A stretch of DNA of 64,000 nucleotides, from assembly GCA_973895155.1 (NCBI GenBank), contig OZ316895.1, positions 21,154,558 through 21,218,557 of the forward strand, given 5' to 3'. The position numbers and the translations under genes are program-made. Each line of letters starts with the position of its first letter. Within the stretch, counting starts at the first letter, position 1. Shown piece after piece: positions 1 to 11,845 of the stretch. The stretch is from Marsupella aquatica (taxonomy: Eukaryota > Plantae > Marchantiophyta). A model generated the notes under the pieces. It saw nothing but the letters and a program-made list of their open reading frames with translations. It made no database searches and had not been told where the DNA came from.

Positions 1-323
1 AAAATTTTCACTAAAAGCTACCTGTCCAGGCAATACATATGTGCCCTGGCAATTTTAGATGGAAGTTCCTTTTAATTTTCTAGAATGCGTGCCCCCAATG
101 TAAACCAATAATTGCCGCAGTGAAAACCTCAGTACTGGGCACAAAGCTAGCAGAACAGACCCTATGAGCCAGAACACACGACACCCAAGCGCGCGTGGCA
201 GTGACAAGAACCAACCAAAGGGCCACAGAATGGCCAACTGACACGGCCTTTGGCCAGGAGTGGATCAGGGTCACCCCCCTAAAAACAGACATAAATGAGA
301 CATGACATGAATCCAATACGTAC

Positions 324-3156
324 CTTATCCTGTATCTGGGGTGAACAGACTCATCCTCCCTAATCAGGAGATTTCTAGTGCTAGTGAGTCTAGGGTGCCA
401 ACAAAACTCAAATATTTGTCAATGCAGTGTTCCCTGGCTATAGTACTACATCTGCTGCACTCTAGTGTTCTGTCATGTTGCTTGCACTCATGCAGAACAC
501 CGCATCCATCCTAACTCCAGAATAGTTTTCATAGTGGCTCTCTTCTTCATCTCTGTCACTGATTTTAGTCAGCATCTGACTCAAAATCCTGATATTTAGA
601 CTCACTGGCACTTCCAGCACAATGAATTAGAGTAGCATGACGAGTAGCATGAAGATTCACAGGAGCTCCATGCATGGAGAAGGAGTTATTAGAGTGAATA
701 CATTTGTATTTTGGGCAGATGGCACTTGTGGGAAGTTGACAAGGCCTCCGCTTGGCAAAAGAATTGTACTCGACTTCTCTGTAATATTGTGGACCATTAG
801 ATCTACGTATTTATATAAGCAGAGCTAGGCGTTGATTTTGGCAAATAAGTACACTCCAGCTTTTTAGAAATATCTTTGTATCATTCCGAGTCCCTTCACC
901 TGGGAGCAAATGTGCATATATATACTAGCACAGACAACACTGGTATCCCCACAAATAGTTGGAGGTTAATCTATTCTCTCTGTCCACGGTTCCCATCATT
1001 CACTCTGCATCCATATATGACATACCCAAAGGCTCCCTCAAGCTGACGTTGTTTCAGGTTGGAATCGCCATTGATGATTGAAACGTACGCTGCCAAGAGT
1101 ACTTGGTAAGACTTTTAATTAGTGGATGTCTGTCGTCCTTTTAGCTACAAACTTGGCCCCAGACTTGGCCTCAAATGATTGGAAAGAGAGCCCATTTGCT
1201 ATATATGCAAATTAACCTCAACACGCTGCACTAGCAGAATAGTTACACATGATTGACTATTAAGTGAATGGCTTCACATTATACGTCACATGGTCAACAA
1301 ATACTCAGCTTTTCTTTCGACCTGTCCACTATATAAATCAAAGCATTTCTTAATTCTTCTCAGTTTATGATAAATATATGATCAGGGTGACACAGGAAAT
1401 TCAGAAGGGGTTTAATATATCACCTGCCCACCCATGCGAGATGCATGGATGCTTTGACCGATATATGCGCCGTGTCGATCGATCGTGGCCAACGACTGGA
1501 GTCAACATATGATGGTCACAGAACTGGACCGAAGCTCATCGAAACCAGCTTTCTAAACCAACGATCACACCAGAAGGTAACAAGCCCTGCACAAAGACAC
1601 CACTTCGAAGAATTCTTTCATTCAGGACATTCCTCGGGACATTCGAGAAAGCCTGATTTTGACTGCTTGCGTGATTTGGTTTGGTACGGTAGATGCATAT
1701 TAATTAATTTTTCTGTTTAACATTGTGATCGTCTGATCTACCTGTCTGATATATATCCAGCATCGTAGGTTGATGACGTACATATGACTGCTGGACCGCA
1801 TCCTAAGCGTTTTAATAAGTGATGATAAGCTTCACAAAATAAGGGGTAAAGCTAGTCTACTCACGGAATAGAGTACGGAAAGGACATCCGGAAGTTGAGT
1901 TGTCGCCCAGAGATGACCGACATCCCCAGAGCGCGAGTGGCCCCGAAGTATCACAAGTGCTGCCGCTGTTGTCATTAAATAGCGCTACACTGTAGGCACT
2001 AGTGTAGCTGTAACGTCATTGATGCTGGCCCGGTATGTTTGCCTAAAGTGCGCCTGGTACTGAATTGAATAATAATGGAGATTCACAGTCATCAGAGCGG
2101 GAGCATGGACGGAACATGCCATAATTTATATGTTTAAATTAGATTAGACTATTCAGATGGCAAGAATAATTAATAGAGTTCTGTGTAAAAGCATGACTGC
2201 CTAGAAAGTAGAATCTAATTGATAATGATTCCAGACCTGCAGCGAACAATTCAATTGACTGGTGTACCTGCAATGTTCAGTGGATAGCCGGGAAAAACTT
2301 ATCCCCGCGACTATCGGCAAGAAGCCATTAAGCTGCCAGTCTTGTGTGCTGAGGATCCACGACACCATTCTGAATCAAGAATCGCGTGTGCAGAACCTCG
2401 AGAAGTTTTTCAGGCCCGTTGTATAGAACGAGTTCATACCCCAAGAACTGTACTAAGGACCCCTGCAACTTTAGCTTGCCGTCAACCGAATTTCTTCGGG
2501 CCTGCAACGTGGGGAATTTCACATTAGGTTTGAATGAGTTTAGGGTTATTACTAAATGATTCATGTTTCAAACAGAAAGAAAATGCAACACTATTTCAGA
2601 CTGTATTCCAAATTATATAACAAGATTTGTTCACAGAACCCCGGCCGAGTTGAAATTTCAGGAACGTCAGGAAATTATCGATCAGCAGGAAATCTGGGCT
2701 TACCCAGATGCCGCTGAGATATCGAAGGCAAACGTAGTAGTTGAGGGCAAGTAACTACAAGTAGCAGGCGCCAGAGCGATGCCGAAATTTCCTAGTCACT
2801 ACACGAAGATACACAAAATTCTGTGAAGACCAGCAAATAATTACTGCGGAAGGTCTAATCAAATCATGGCTTCTACACTTCTACGAAAGCATCGATGTAA
2901 TGGATCGTGTTGGTTAGGGATCAAGTGCGTAACCAGACACAAGGAGGCAGAGGGTATATATCGAATCCAACCCATTGCGCCGATCCCTGTGAAAATCGAA
3001 TTCTAGCTAGCTAGATTTCATCAGGGTTGGCCGGGAAGCCATACTTCACTCAAACCTGTTTTCGAGACTAGTAAATTACTCTGTAACGGCGATGGGGGAA
3101 CAGTATTATAGACGAAGACACAGATAGATCGTTCATTGGCTCAGTGTATGCCGTGG
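324..3156 (-). CDS. Putative multi-exon gene or pseudogene encoding an unassigned Cys-rich protein; continues off the left edge of the window
   Basis: Five GT-AG-bounded exons (3156-3056, 2791-2704, 1989-1865, 1089-1026, 389-324) join in compatible phases. Translation: ANERSICVFVYNTVPPSPLQSNLLVSKTGNFGIALAPATCSYLPSTTTFAFDISAASGVALFNDNSGSTCDTSGPLALWGCRSSLGDNSTSGCPFRTLFPYVSIINGDSNLKQRQLEGAFGLTSTRNLLIREDESVHPRYRI. There is one in-frame TGA at 3143-3141, the 5' end is unresolved, and no family is recognised. Confidence 0.45.
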
Positions 3157-4814
3157 CTGCAATGAAAATAGTTGCAGATCGAACTCGGAGATTTTCCCAA
3201 AACTTCGCCCTTGTGTTTTAATTAATCATGTCTTACGGGTTAAAGAAGCATGATGGCCACTTATATGATGGCCTGGAAACCATTGTGGGTAACAGTCGGC
3301 ATATAAGACGACGATAAAAATGACACTTTGGGCCGCGAGGCATTACTTAAGTATCCATCAACTCACGGGATTCCCGAACGACATTACAGGCATGTGTCTG
3401 CAGTGTCTTCCAGGCACGTGCATGCACCTTGAAACTAGAAAGCCGCGAATTCATAGTTCCGAAGTTCATCCTGGAGGGAGAGAGCTGTATAGAGTAAGCT
3501 GTGTCCATGCATGGGGCTTGCCTATAAACTCCAGGATTTCGCCCATTCCAACTCCGCGCGACTGAGAACGCTCTCTCGGCTTTGATTGCCCAGAAATTTA
3601 TCAGAACGGATAGTCAGACCATGTCTATAGCTAGCCTGCATATCTACACTGTATGTCACCTGCCCATTTTCAATCAAAGCTTATACATGTTTTCAATTCT
3701 TCTTCTACAATTTAGATTTAAAGAAGCCATGGGATCAACTTTCCAAACAGATTGGAACACAAAATGAATCCTTATAACTACAGTAGATCTTCTCCGTACG
3801 AGAGCCTTGCTTTTCGAGCATCATCGTATCGAAAATACTTTGACTAAGAAATAAGGGTATTAAATTTGATGCTGGCAGGGTACAATCTGTTAGATCGACC
3901 GCCCTAACAGGTGAGGGACAACATATCACCGTTATATATTGCACAAGTCAACGTACCCTGAACTCTAGCTCATCACTGGAAAGGACATTGATCCCTGCAA
4001 TTCAGGGAAGGAAACAGCATGCAGCACGCTTCAATTTGGCACGAAGCAGAAATTGTCCATATCTTTTGCAAAATGAACGTCTCCTTGTAGCGAGATCAAA
4101 TTTGGGGAATACCTCTCCACGACGAAGACCAAAGGAGCCAGACACAAACATGAGACAGAGTACGTACCGGTATAATGTGAACACAACGGGGTCAACAGCC
4201 GAGGTGAAAGCAACTTTGATTAAAATGTTACACCCTGCGAAATTCCACTGGACTAGCCCCAACAGAGCATCGAACTTCCACGTACATGGCCAAAGCTTCC
4301 CTGCCCCGACTTTCCTGCTAGAACCAGAAGCAACGGACAGTAGCCATAATCGCTCGTCCCCTTCGCGACTATCTTGTACAGCTTTCACCACTCGAGATCA
4401 TCCACATCTTCACCACTAGCTCACTTGCCAAGAGACGACCCTTGTCTCCTGCTAGTGTACAATCTATGCAACCCATCGGGCCACCCACCGCTGCTGGTGA
4501 GGTTGGAAATGGCCGGCCATTCATCTAAAGCGGGTCCAAATCTGTCCAGAATACTCAATCGTCATCCAACCCACCAACATTCAAAGCTTCCTCGAATCCT
4601 CGGTAGCAATCCATTTTGGAGACGTACCGTTATCTCCAACAGGGAAAACACTTTAAAGAAATTATAGCTTCTCTATCAAAAACTCTCATTAAAAGATGGA
4701 AAACCGGGTTCAGACAAGCTGATACAGGCTTGCACATACCTGAAGGAAAAATTTACCTTGCATGTAGATACATGCCCAGAATGCCACTAGCAATAGGTTC
4801 TTGTGGTAATTCTC

Positions 4815-5100
4815 TGATCCAATACCAAGATCGTCGTGAGCAATTGCAATCTATCATGTAGTCTGAGGCGAAGTAGGGCCTCGTCCTCAAGTGCCTAGAA
4901 TGTCACAACAGTTGCTTCTTTTGGGAAAATACTCGAATCCGATACCAAGATCGTCGTAAGCAAAAATCTTCGTTTTTAATCGGGGCGAGGTAGGGTCAGT
5001 CCTCATCTATCCTTGCTCTTTTGGTTGTATGTTCTCAGATCCAATCCCAAGATCATCGTAAGCAACAATCACTGTATTTGAGACGAGATAGGTTCCTCAC
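4815..5100. repeat. Degenerate ~100-120 bp tandem repeat, 3 copies
   Basis: Core ATCC(A/G)AT(A/C)CCAAGATC(G/A)TCGT(G/A)AGCAA recurs at about 4817, 4937 and 5039, each followed by a GCGAAGTAGGG/GCGAGGTAGGG/ACGAGATAGG-like block. Confidence 0.65.
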
Positions 5101-5574
5101 CCTTGAGCAGTGTGAAAACCCACCATTCGCCGTTCGTACTCCACTCTCTCTAGCCATCTCGATGAACGGCAACTGGGGTACTGATCGACTCTTCTGTTTG
5201 ACTGCAGCCTGCTCCAAAAGCCTTGACCTAACATTCTCTCACTGGCATTTACCGTTAACGTCCTGGACACCTACACATTATAAAGACCCGGACAAATATA
5301 TGTTTTGCCCGTTCGACGAAGAACCCTTGGAGTCAGTCCACACATGCAGACTCTCAACTGAGTTGTTGGTAGTTTCAGAGAAAGAAAACCGTGGCGTTGA
5401 ATTGTTTTCTGTTGTTGGAGAGGAGGAAGCTAGGTTTGGCCATGGGTCTGGTTGACAATATGTTTGAAATCTAGATGTCTTTCATCTCGAAAAGGTGACC
5501 GGCGTGACGAGATAAGAAGAATTATGCGAGATGGTGTTCTCTATCTTTACAGATATGCTTCAATGAAAAGTGAA

Positions 5575-6028
5575 TCTAACTAATAATTCGCTACACTCAG
5601 GAGCTAGCCTATGGTCTAGAGTGAAGCCTCTAGACCGTGACTGAGGTGCCAGCCAGTTTCGGGGTGACGCAACGTACAAGTGGGGAAGGCAGTTTCGGGG
5701 CCGTGATGCCATGGTGAGGAAGGCAACAGTAGGCGTGAACCACGCTAGAGCATTCAGGCTATTAGAAAGAAAGTGAGAACTACAGTCATCAGGTGGGGAA
5801 TGCAACCGTGGGGCTGAGCGAAGCTCGGGCATTCAGGCTATTAGAAAGAAAAGTGAGAACCACAGTCATCAGGTGGGGAATGCAACCGTGCGGCTGAGCG
5901 AAGCTCGGGCATTCAGGCTAGTGGAAAGAAAAGGGAGAACTACCGTCATCAGGTGGGAATGCAACCGTGGGCCTGAGCGAAGCTCGGGCATTCAAGCCTG
6001 TAGAAAGAAAGTGAGAACTACCGCCATC
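5575..6028 (+). mobile_element. Non-autonomous Helitron-like element with tandemly repeated 3' terminus (79-80 bp unit, about 3.5 copies, 5750-6028)
   Basis: A|TCTAACTAATAA 5' end at 5575. The 3'-type hairpin CTGAGCGAAGCTCGG is followed by GCATTCAGGCTAG|T (CTAG at 5918-5921). The subterminal motif TCTAGAGTGAAGC..TCTAGACCG.GAC is shared with the element at 14189. The right boundary is uncertain. Confidence 0.6.
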
Positions 6029-7528
6029 TTGGAACTGTATCGTCCCGTTCGTGAACAGATTTTGGGCTTTTGTTTGGTCCTTCTAGCTAGGTTTCACTGT
6101 GTGCACCTTGACCTGGTCAACTTTCTAGCATGGTCTCAGAAGGTCTGTAAAATCCGGTGTTGCCGGTTCGGCCCCTTGAACTTAGAGTAAAGATCAATTC
6201 GATTCTGTTCTAGCTATATATGATACAAGTGCTACGTCGTTTGATTGTTGGAGCCCATATGTGTTGAGCTTTTCTGTTCTGCTGAGGGCTTTAATTTGGT
6301 CTACGGAGGGTTTCTGCCTAGTTATCAAGTGACTTCGACGTTACTTCACTTTTTTCATGATCTCCTAACACTTTCCGGCAACAGGAACTGGCCTTAGAAT
6401 CTTTTTTCCTCGACCTCTCGAAAAATGTGTTTCCCTTGTGGACCCACGATTGATTTTCGGATATCCGCAGTCACTGCACGCTGGGGAGTATAATTGCGTC
6501 GATCGCTGCCTTGTGAAAAACTGGCAGGTACGAGAAGTTTTGTGCTGGGGAACTAAGTCATACATGGACCTGTAACGATGGAAAGCCTTCCCAGTTTTCC
6601 TTTCATTTAGGTCGCAGCCTTACAGTGCAGGTATTTCAAGTGCGTTGGAAATTTCAGGGATTGTGGGGCAGATGCTGAAGTCATCCTTAATGAAAGCATT
6701 GTTCGATGAAGAAAATAATTGCTGAATCCATCAAAAGCCTGGGATCGGGCAGTTTGCGCGCTTTAGAGTTTTGGGGTCTCGTGAATTGCCCATGATGGAT
6801 TACATTTGCAACGGACGTAGGGAGATGTCATCTTTTAGTAATTCGTCGGGCATTGCACTTCAAGTGTCATGCTTTTGAAGGTTCAGATAGTGAGCCAAAT
6901 AATTAGTGATTGACTCCTTCGGATCTCTATCATGTCCATTCAACATCTTCTGAGAACAAGCAAGCCTTTCAGACTTCACACAGTCTTTCTAACTACGTTG
7001 AATAAATGAATCTGATCAATACATTGATTCAAGTATTGCTTCTCGCGAACAGGTTTTCAACAAAGGAGCTTGCTAGAGAAATGAGGTCAAACCGGGACGT
7101 TGGGCTTGATTTAATTTCAATGGATTGTATTGAACTTAATTAATTCAATGGATTGTGTTCAGGTTAGATTTGTACTGTACCTGATTTCATGGAACAAATG
7201 GCAAACCCAAGCATTTTAAATTCCGCACGGTAAAGTCGCGTCCATGTTCCCAATCTCGAATTAAAACCGGGATGCACTACTTTACTTGGCCTGTAATATC
7301 AACCTAATTACACATGGCCAGTGATAGGCACACTACTAGAATTTGAGATTGGCCTACCTAAAATAGTAACTGGCATTCCCCTATTGGCTTCCCCGTTTCA
7401 CGTACCTACCCCCGGATTCAATCTAACGAGTTAAACTGGCGGCTCTAACAGCAAAAGCCTGTACTCTGTAAATTGTGTGCATGACTGACTAAACTTCCTC
7501 CCCAAAAAGATGAACAACTAATGAAAGT

Positions 7529-9243
7529 TTATCGCTTATTGTCCTTGAGTTGTACAAAGGCGTTGAGCAGGCTCGAAGGTATCCGATCAGAAAGGCCACC
7601 TTTCTGAGACACAACCATTGTTTTCTCCTTCAGAGTGCTTTGCAAACTTCTGATTCTGCGCTCCAACTGCTTCTCCTCTGCATTGTTTCGATAAAAGGGA
7701 CGGTTTATAAGTTGAAACGGAATGGAACAAATTATTTCTACATGCCACTCAAACCCTTTCCACTGTAAGTGGCGAAGGAAATGAAATCCATTACTTACCC
7801 TGAGACAAGACCCTCAAAAAGTCCAGTAATCTCCAAGAAGCACGGCATCAGGATCCTTTTCGTTGGCCTGTTTCTGCCATGACGTCACCTCTAGGCGCCC
7901 CACGCTCTTTCTAACCATCCTCCTAATACCTTTATGACTTCAAACACTAAGTGAACAAGAGGCAACGAACGTTTCATTCTTCTCCGCCTTACAAAAATAA
8001 TTCAAACTATCTGTCTGTTTCATCTTCCAATTGATTCTTAGCGATGTAGCTGTCTTTTGCTTTTGGTTGACAATTCAGCTCCATTCCCTGAGCCAATTTT
8101 GCTCAATTCCCTGAGCCAAGCTCCATTCCCTGAGCCAAACTGACTCAATTTTGCTTTTGGTATCTTTTGCGTCAGCTCCATTCCCTGATTCTGTTTAGAG
8201 AGAAAGAGAATTACTCAATTGAGACATTTCGTTCAATTCTACGGTGCAGGATGGGAACTTTCTTACCTACTACTACTCAATCCTCCCTGTACCTACCACG
8301 GCCCAAAACCCTAAACCCATGATCCGTGTAAAGACGAGGATAAGAACCCCAGCAACCCACTGGGATAGCAGAATTTCTTACGAATTCAAAATCACGAGTC
8401 TCTGCTCAGAGCCTCCAATACTAATCTCTTGAGGGAAATTTTTCAGCTGGGAATTAAGTAGTGGCAAGCATGCACTTATGAAACATCCTGTTCAAAGCAG
8501 AGCAGTACTCTCTGCAGCCATTTAAGCCTTATGAAGAGCAATGACGATCATTAGAACTATGGGGCAATCCAAGTACAATTACCTTTTTCTAAGTATAAGT
8601 GAGCGCTATGGAAGGGGAGACGAACGAAGACATCGGCACTGCGACACATCACCCACGTTGGAGAGGCCCCGTCGTGTTCGCCACAAGTAAGGCATGTCGC
8701 TTCTACATGTGGGTTCGGCTCTTCGATGACGGTGACAAGAGGACGCTTGGGATTCTGCGATGCGGGCACACTGCTTCGTGATGTCCGAGCTTGCCTCCGC
8801 AGCGCAGTGAGCGCTTCCCTGTTACTGTTTCGGGCTTTGTCACACTCCACCATCTGCTCATCGTCAGAGACCAGCCTCGTGAAAAGGCTCGAATTGACTG
8901 GACACTAAACAAACCCTCTAAGACCGATGCAGTAGGGTTTAGGGTAACTCAGAAAGGATATCGAACAGTGAAGACTCCTTTGTAAAAGAGTAGGGTCAAT
9001 AACCACGGATCTCCAAAGAACGGTCTAATGATCAGAACAACAGCTAAAGAGGATCCTTCTTAATTTCATTGAAATGACGGACCGATTGATCATGCGTCTG
9101 CGAGAGAGCACAAATCTTCCAAGATAAGAAATTTTGATAACAGGAGAAAGAGAATTCACCTCATGCCGGGTCACCAAGACCTGCTCTGCAGCAAACTCAA
9201 CATCCGCAAGGCCTTCTTGAAGAAGATGTGTACCCCGGTCCAT
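7529..9243 (-). CDS. PDRG1: PDRG1-like protein (p53 and DNA damage-regulated 1; prefoldin-like subunit), 167 aa, 3 exons
   Basis: Exons 9243-9160, 8853-8583 and 7677-7529 have GT-AG introns and total 504 nt in frame. Translation MDRGTHLLQEGLADVEFAAEQVLVTRHEMVECDKARNSNREALTALRRQARTSRSSV...CLTCGEHD...TWVM...DVFVRLPFH...SQKGGLSDRIPSSLLNAFVQLKDNKR matches the plant PDRG1 pattern. Confidence 0.88.
8075..8190. repeat. Short imperfect tandem repeat in PDRG1 intron 2
   Basis: GCTC(C/A)ATTCCCTGA(GCCAA) occurs 4 times. Confidence 0.7.
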
Positions 9244-9668
9244 TGATCCGTAATTCGATCTCACAGATGCTGTAATTCCAGTCAACAGATCGCAGGTGAA
9301 CACATTCTGCGAATCATCATACACAAATCATCCTGGATCAAATTGGATTGGATTGGATTCCAATCTCCCGTCGCTGCCCTTAGACCACAAGTTTTCACTG
9401 TTTGACCTCACAGATTTATCACACCCAGCCCGAGTCTTGGTGATGTGGAATTCCTGGCAAGAGCTGCAGATTGCTCTTCTACTGAAACAGCCAACATGGA
9501 TAGAATTCGACGAACCCAATTGAAGGTGTGGAAGAAGATTGAGTTGCAATAAAATCATGAACAAGAATCATGAATCATGAATCGGAAGATCGTATTCTGT
9601 CGGGAGAAAGCTTGACACTGTCACAGTACGCAGATGCGCACATGAACTTTACAGAGTGCCAATGGGCA

Positions 9669-10150
9669 GAGTTACTTTACAGTGTCATGATTACTCGACG
9701 AAGCTTACAATGTCATGATGTAAGTGTAAGAGGTAGAGTTTCTTTACAGTGTCACTAGTCGCAGAACCTTACATTGTCATGATGTAATGGAAGAGGTTAT
9801 GTGCATGGTAACCAAGGGAATCCAACTCCTTCAGTTTAATGAGTTACTTTACAATGTCACTAGGTGCAGAACCTTACAATGTCAGGATGTAAGTGTATGA
9901 GGTTATGTACAAGGTAACCAAGGGAATCCAACTCCTTCAGTTGAATGAGTTACCTTACAATGTCACTAGATGCCAAACCTTACAGTGTCATGATGTAAGT
10001 GTACGAGGTTATGTACAAGGTAACCAAGGGAATCCAACTTCTTCAGTGAATGAGTTACTTTACAATGTCACTAGTTGCAGAACCTTACAATGTCTCAATG
10101 TAAGTGTAAGAGGTTATGTACTACACGGTAACCAAGGGAATCCAACTCCG
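9669..10150. repeat. ~105 bp tandem repeat, about 4.5 copies, upstream of PDRG1
   Basis: GAGTTACTTTAA/C-type unit starts at about 9737, 9841, 9947 and 10052, with a partial unit at 9669. Each unit contains two TTACAATGTCA sub-repeats and GGTAACCAAGGGAATCCAACT. Confidence 0.85.
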
Positions 10151-10588
10151 ATGAGAGCTCAGGCCCTCCATAAACAGGTATGGGAGGAATCCAATCACAA
10201 GCTTCGATAATTGGTCAAGGCATGTTGTGTCATCTAGAAAAGTGTAAAACACATTAAACTAGAGTACATTGTCCACCTCAATTAGCGTTAGTCATACTAA
10301 TTGGGTAGCCTTACATTTTAGCCTTACATTTTCCCGTTTCACACAGATGGTGCAAGTCACATGATTTTTGGTGTCACTTTAATGCAGTTCACATAAAATC
10401 ACACTTTTAGTCACTCTAATTGTAGTGCTCCTGTCATATAGAGCATATAGAGCGCATACAGAGAATCATAATTGCAGTTCACATGAAGTCACATTTTTAG
10501 TTACACTAATTGTAGCACTCCAGTCATATGGAGTGCACGGGATAATCATAACAGAGGGCACATAATCATAAGAGAGGGCACAAAAGTT

Positions 10589-11845
10589 CTTTTTTTCCAA
10601 CAAACTGGAAAAGGGCCGGAACCTGCACAAACCACCCAGGAACAAAAGCCACCCCAAGCAGCAACCCAGCTAACCGGGAGGCAAAGAGAAAAAGACAAAA
10701 CCCTAATCAGGCCAAAAGGTTCTGTGCAGCCACCAGGTGGTAGCCAACACCGAGCCCCTTTGGGCGGTAACCATCATCTTCCTACACCACGAATGTTGCT
10801 TGGGGAAATCATACGGATGTTTGTACTTCAGCCAGAGCTGACAAAAATCAAACGTGGCAGGCAAACCAGAGTACATGTGGTTACTATTCTTCATCCAAAT
10901 GTTATCCCAATGAGTGAAATCCAGCCAATGGAACAGGGACAACTCCTCATCATTCGTTGTCATTGATAGAAAGGACTAAGGCAATTGGACTCTCAGTCTG
11001 CTCCTAGGGTTTCAGCACAAGCTGAATCTGGTCCAAGGTTTTCCTAATTTGCTTGCTTTTCCTAGGTGTGGTGCACCCCTCGTACAAAGACCTGAGGTGA
11101 TTTTCAGACTATCGGGGGGCCACCCAGGTCAGGGAGACGTCCAAGGAATTGTGAGTAAATAGCAACGGTTTTTTCTTTCCATATATTGTTGCATACTCCA
11201 TCAGAATTATAAGCGGCCCAGGTTTCCATTTGTGTGTCCTATCCTTTCCGCATAAGAAATCATGGTAAACAAATTCTGGTTAGGAAACTTGAGAGCTGGA
11301 GACTCCTGCAGGGCATTGTACACTTCTCTCCAAAGCTCGGTCACCATTCTGCAGCTGAAAAATAGGTGTTCCGTGTGCTCAAAAGAGTTCTTGCATCTAG
11401 CACATACCCCATCACTCATCTTCCAATGGCTTCCCCTACCGTTGGTGAAAAAGCCATGGTTAAGCATCCGCCAAATCAGAAATCTCACTTTCGGAAACGT
11501 CCATCCCCCCCATAAGTTCTTCCAAAGTTGATTCCATTGTTCTCTGGTCTTCAATTGTCCCCATATCCTGTTAATCTTGGTCACGTCAAGGTTAGACTTC
11601 GGTGAACATTGGGTCCAGACCTTATTTGGAAATCTCCATCCACGATTTTTCCCTTTCCAAGTCCACTGCCAGCTTTCACATTGGTGTAGATTTCCTTCAA
11701 AGAGGCTGTTGCTTCTTCTCAGCATGTCGTAGAACCTGTTGAAAGCATCAAAACCACAGGGTCGATAGCTCCTAATCCGATTGCAGGGGGTGTCGCTATC
11801 CAACCAGCCATCCAGGGAGGAGAAAAGGTCCAAGATCCTTATTAT
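10589..11845 (-). mobile_element. 5'-truncated L1-type LINE remnant (zf-RVT end of ORF2 plus 3' region)
   Basis: ORF 11207..11887 encodes LWGGWTFPKVRFLIWRMLNHGFFTN...CARCKNSFEHTEHLFFSC, the zinc-binding region that follows RT. The T-run at about 10590 is the poly(A) tail. Candidate TSD core GGGCACAAAA at 10576-10585 and 11851-11860. Confidence 0.75.

Noticed and set aside
3988-4419. Overlapping 143-aa (+) and 129-aa (-) ORFs
   Set aside because: No recognisable domain, and I could not splice them stop-free into the downstream orphan exons.
5750-6028. Regularly spaced repeats resembling a CRISPR array (also 9669-10150, 15488-15720, 21563-21846)
   Set aside because: Whole units repeat with no unique spacers, there are no cas genes, and the context is eukaryotic. 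These are minisatellites.
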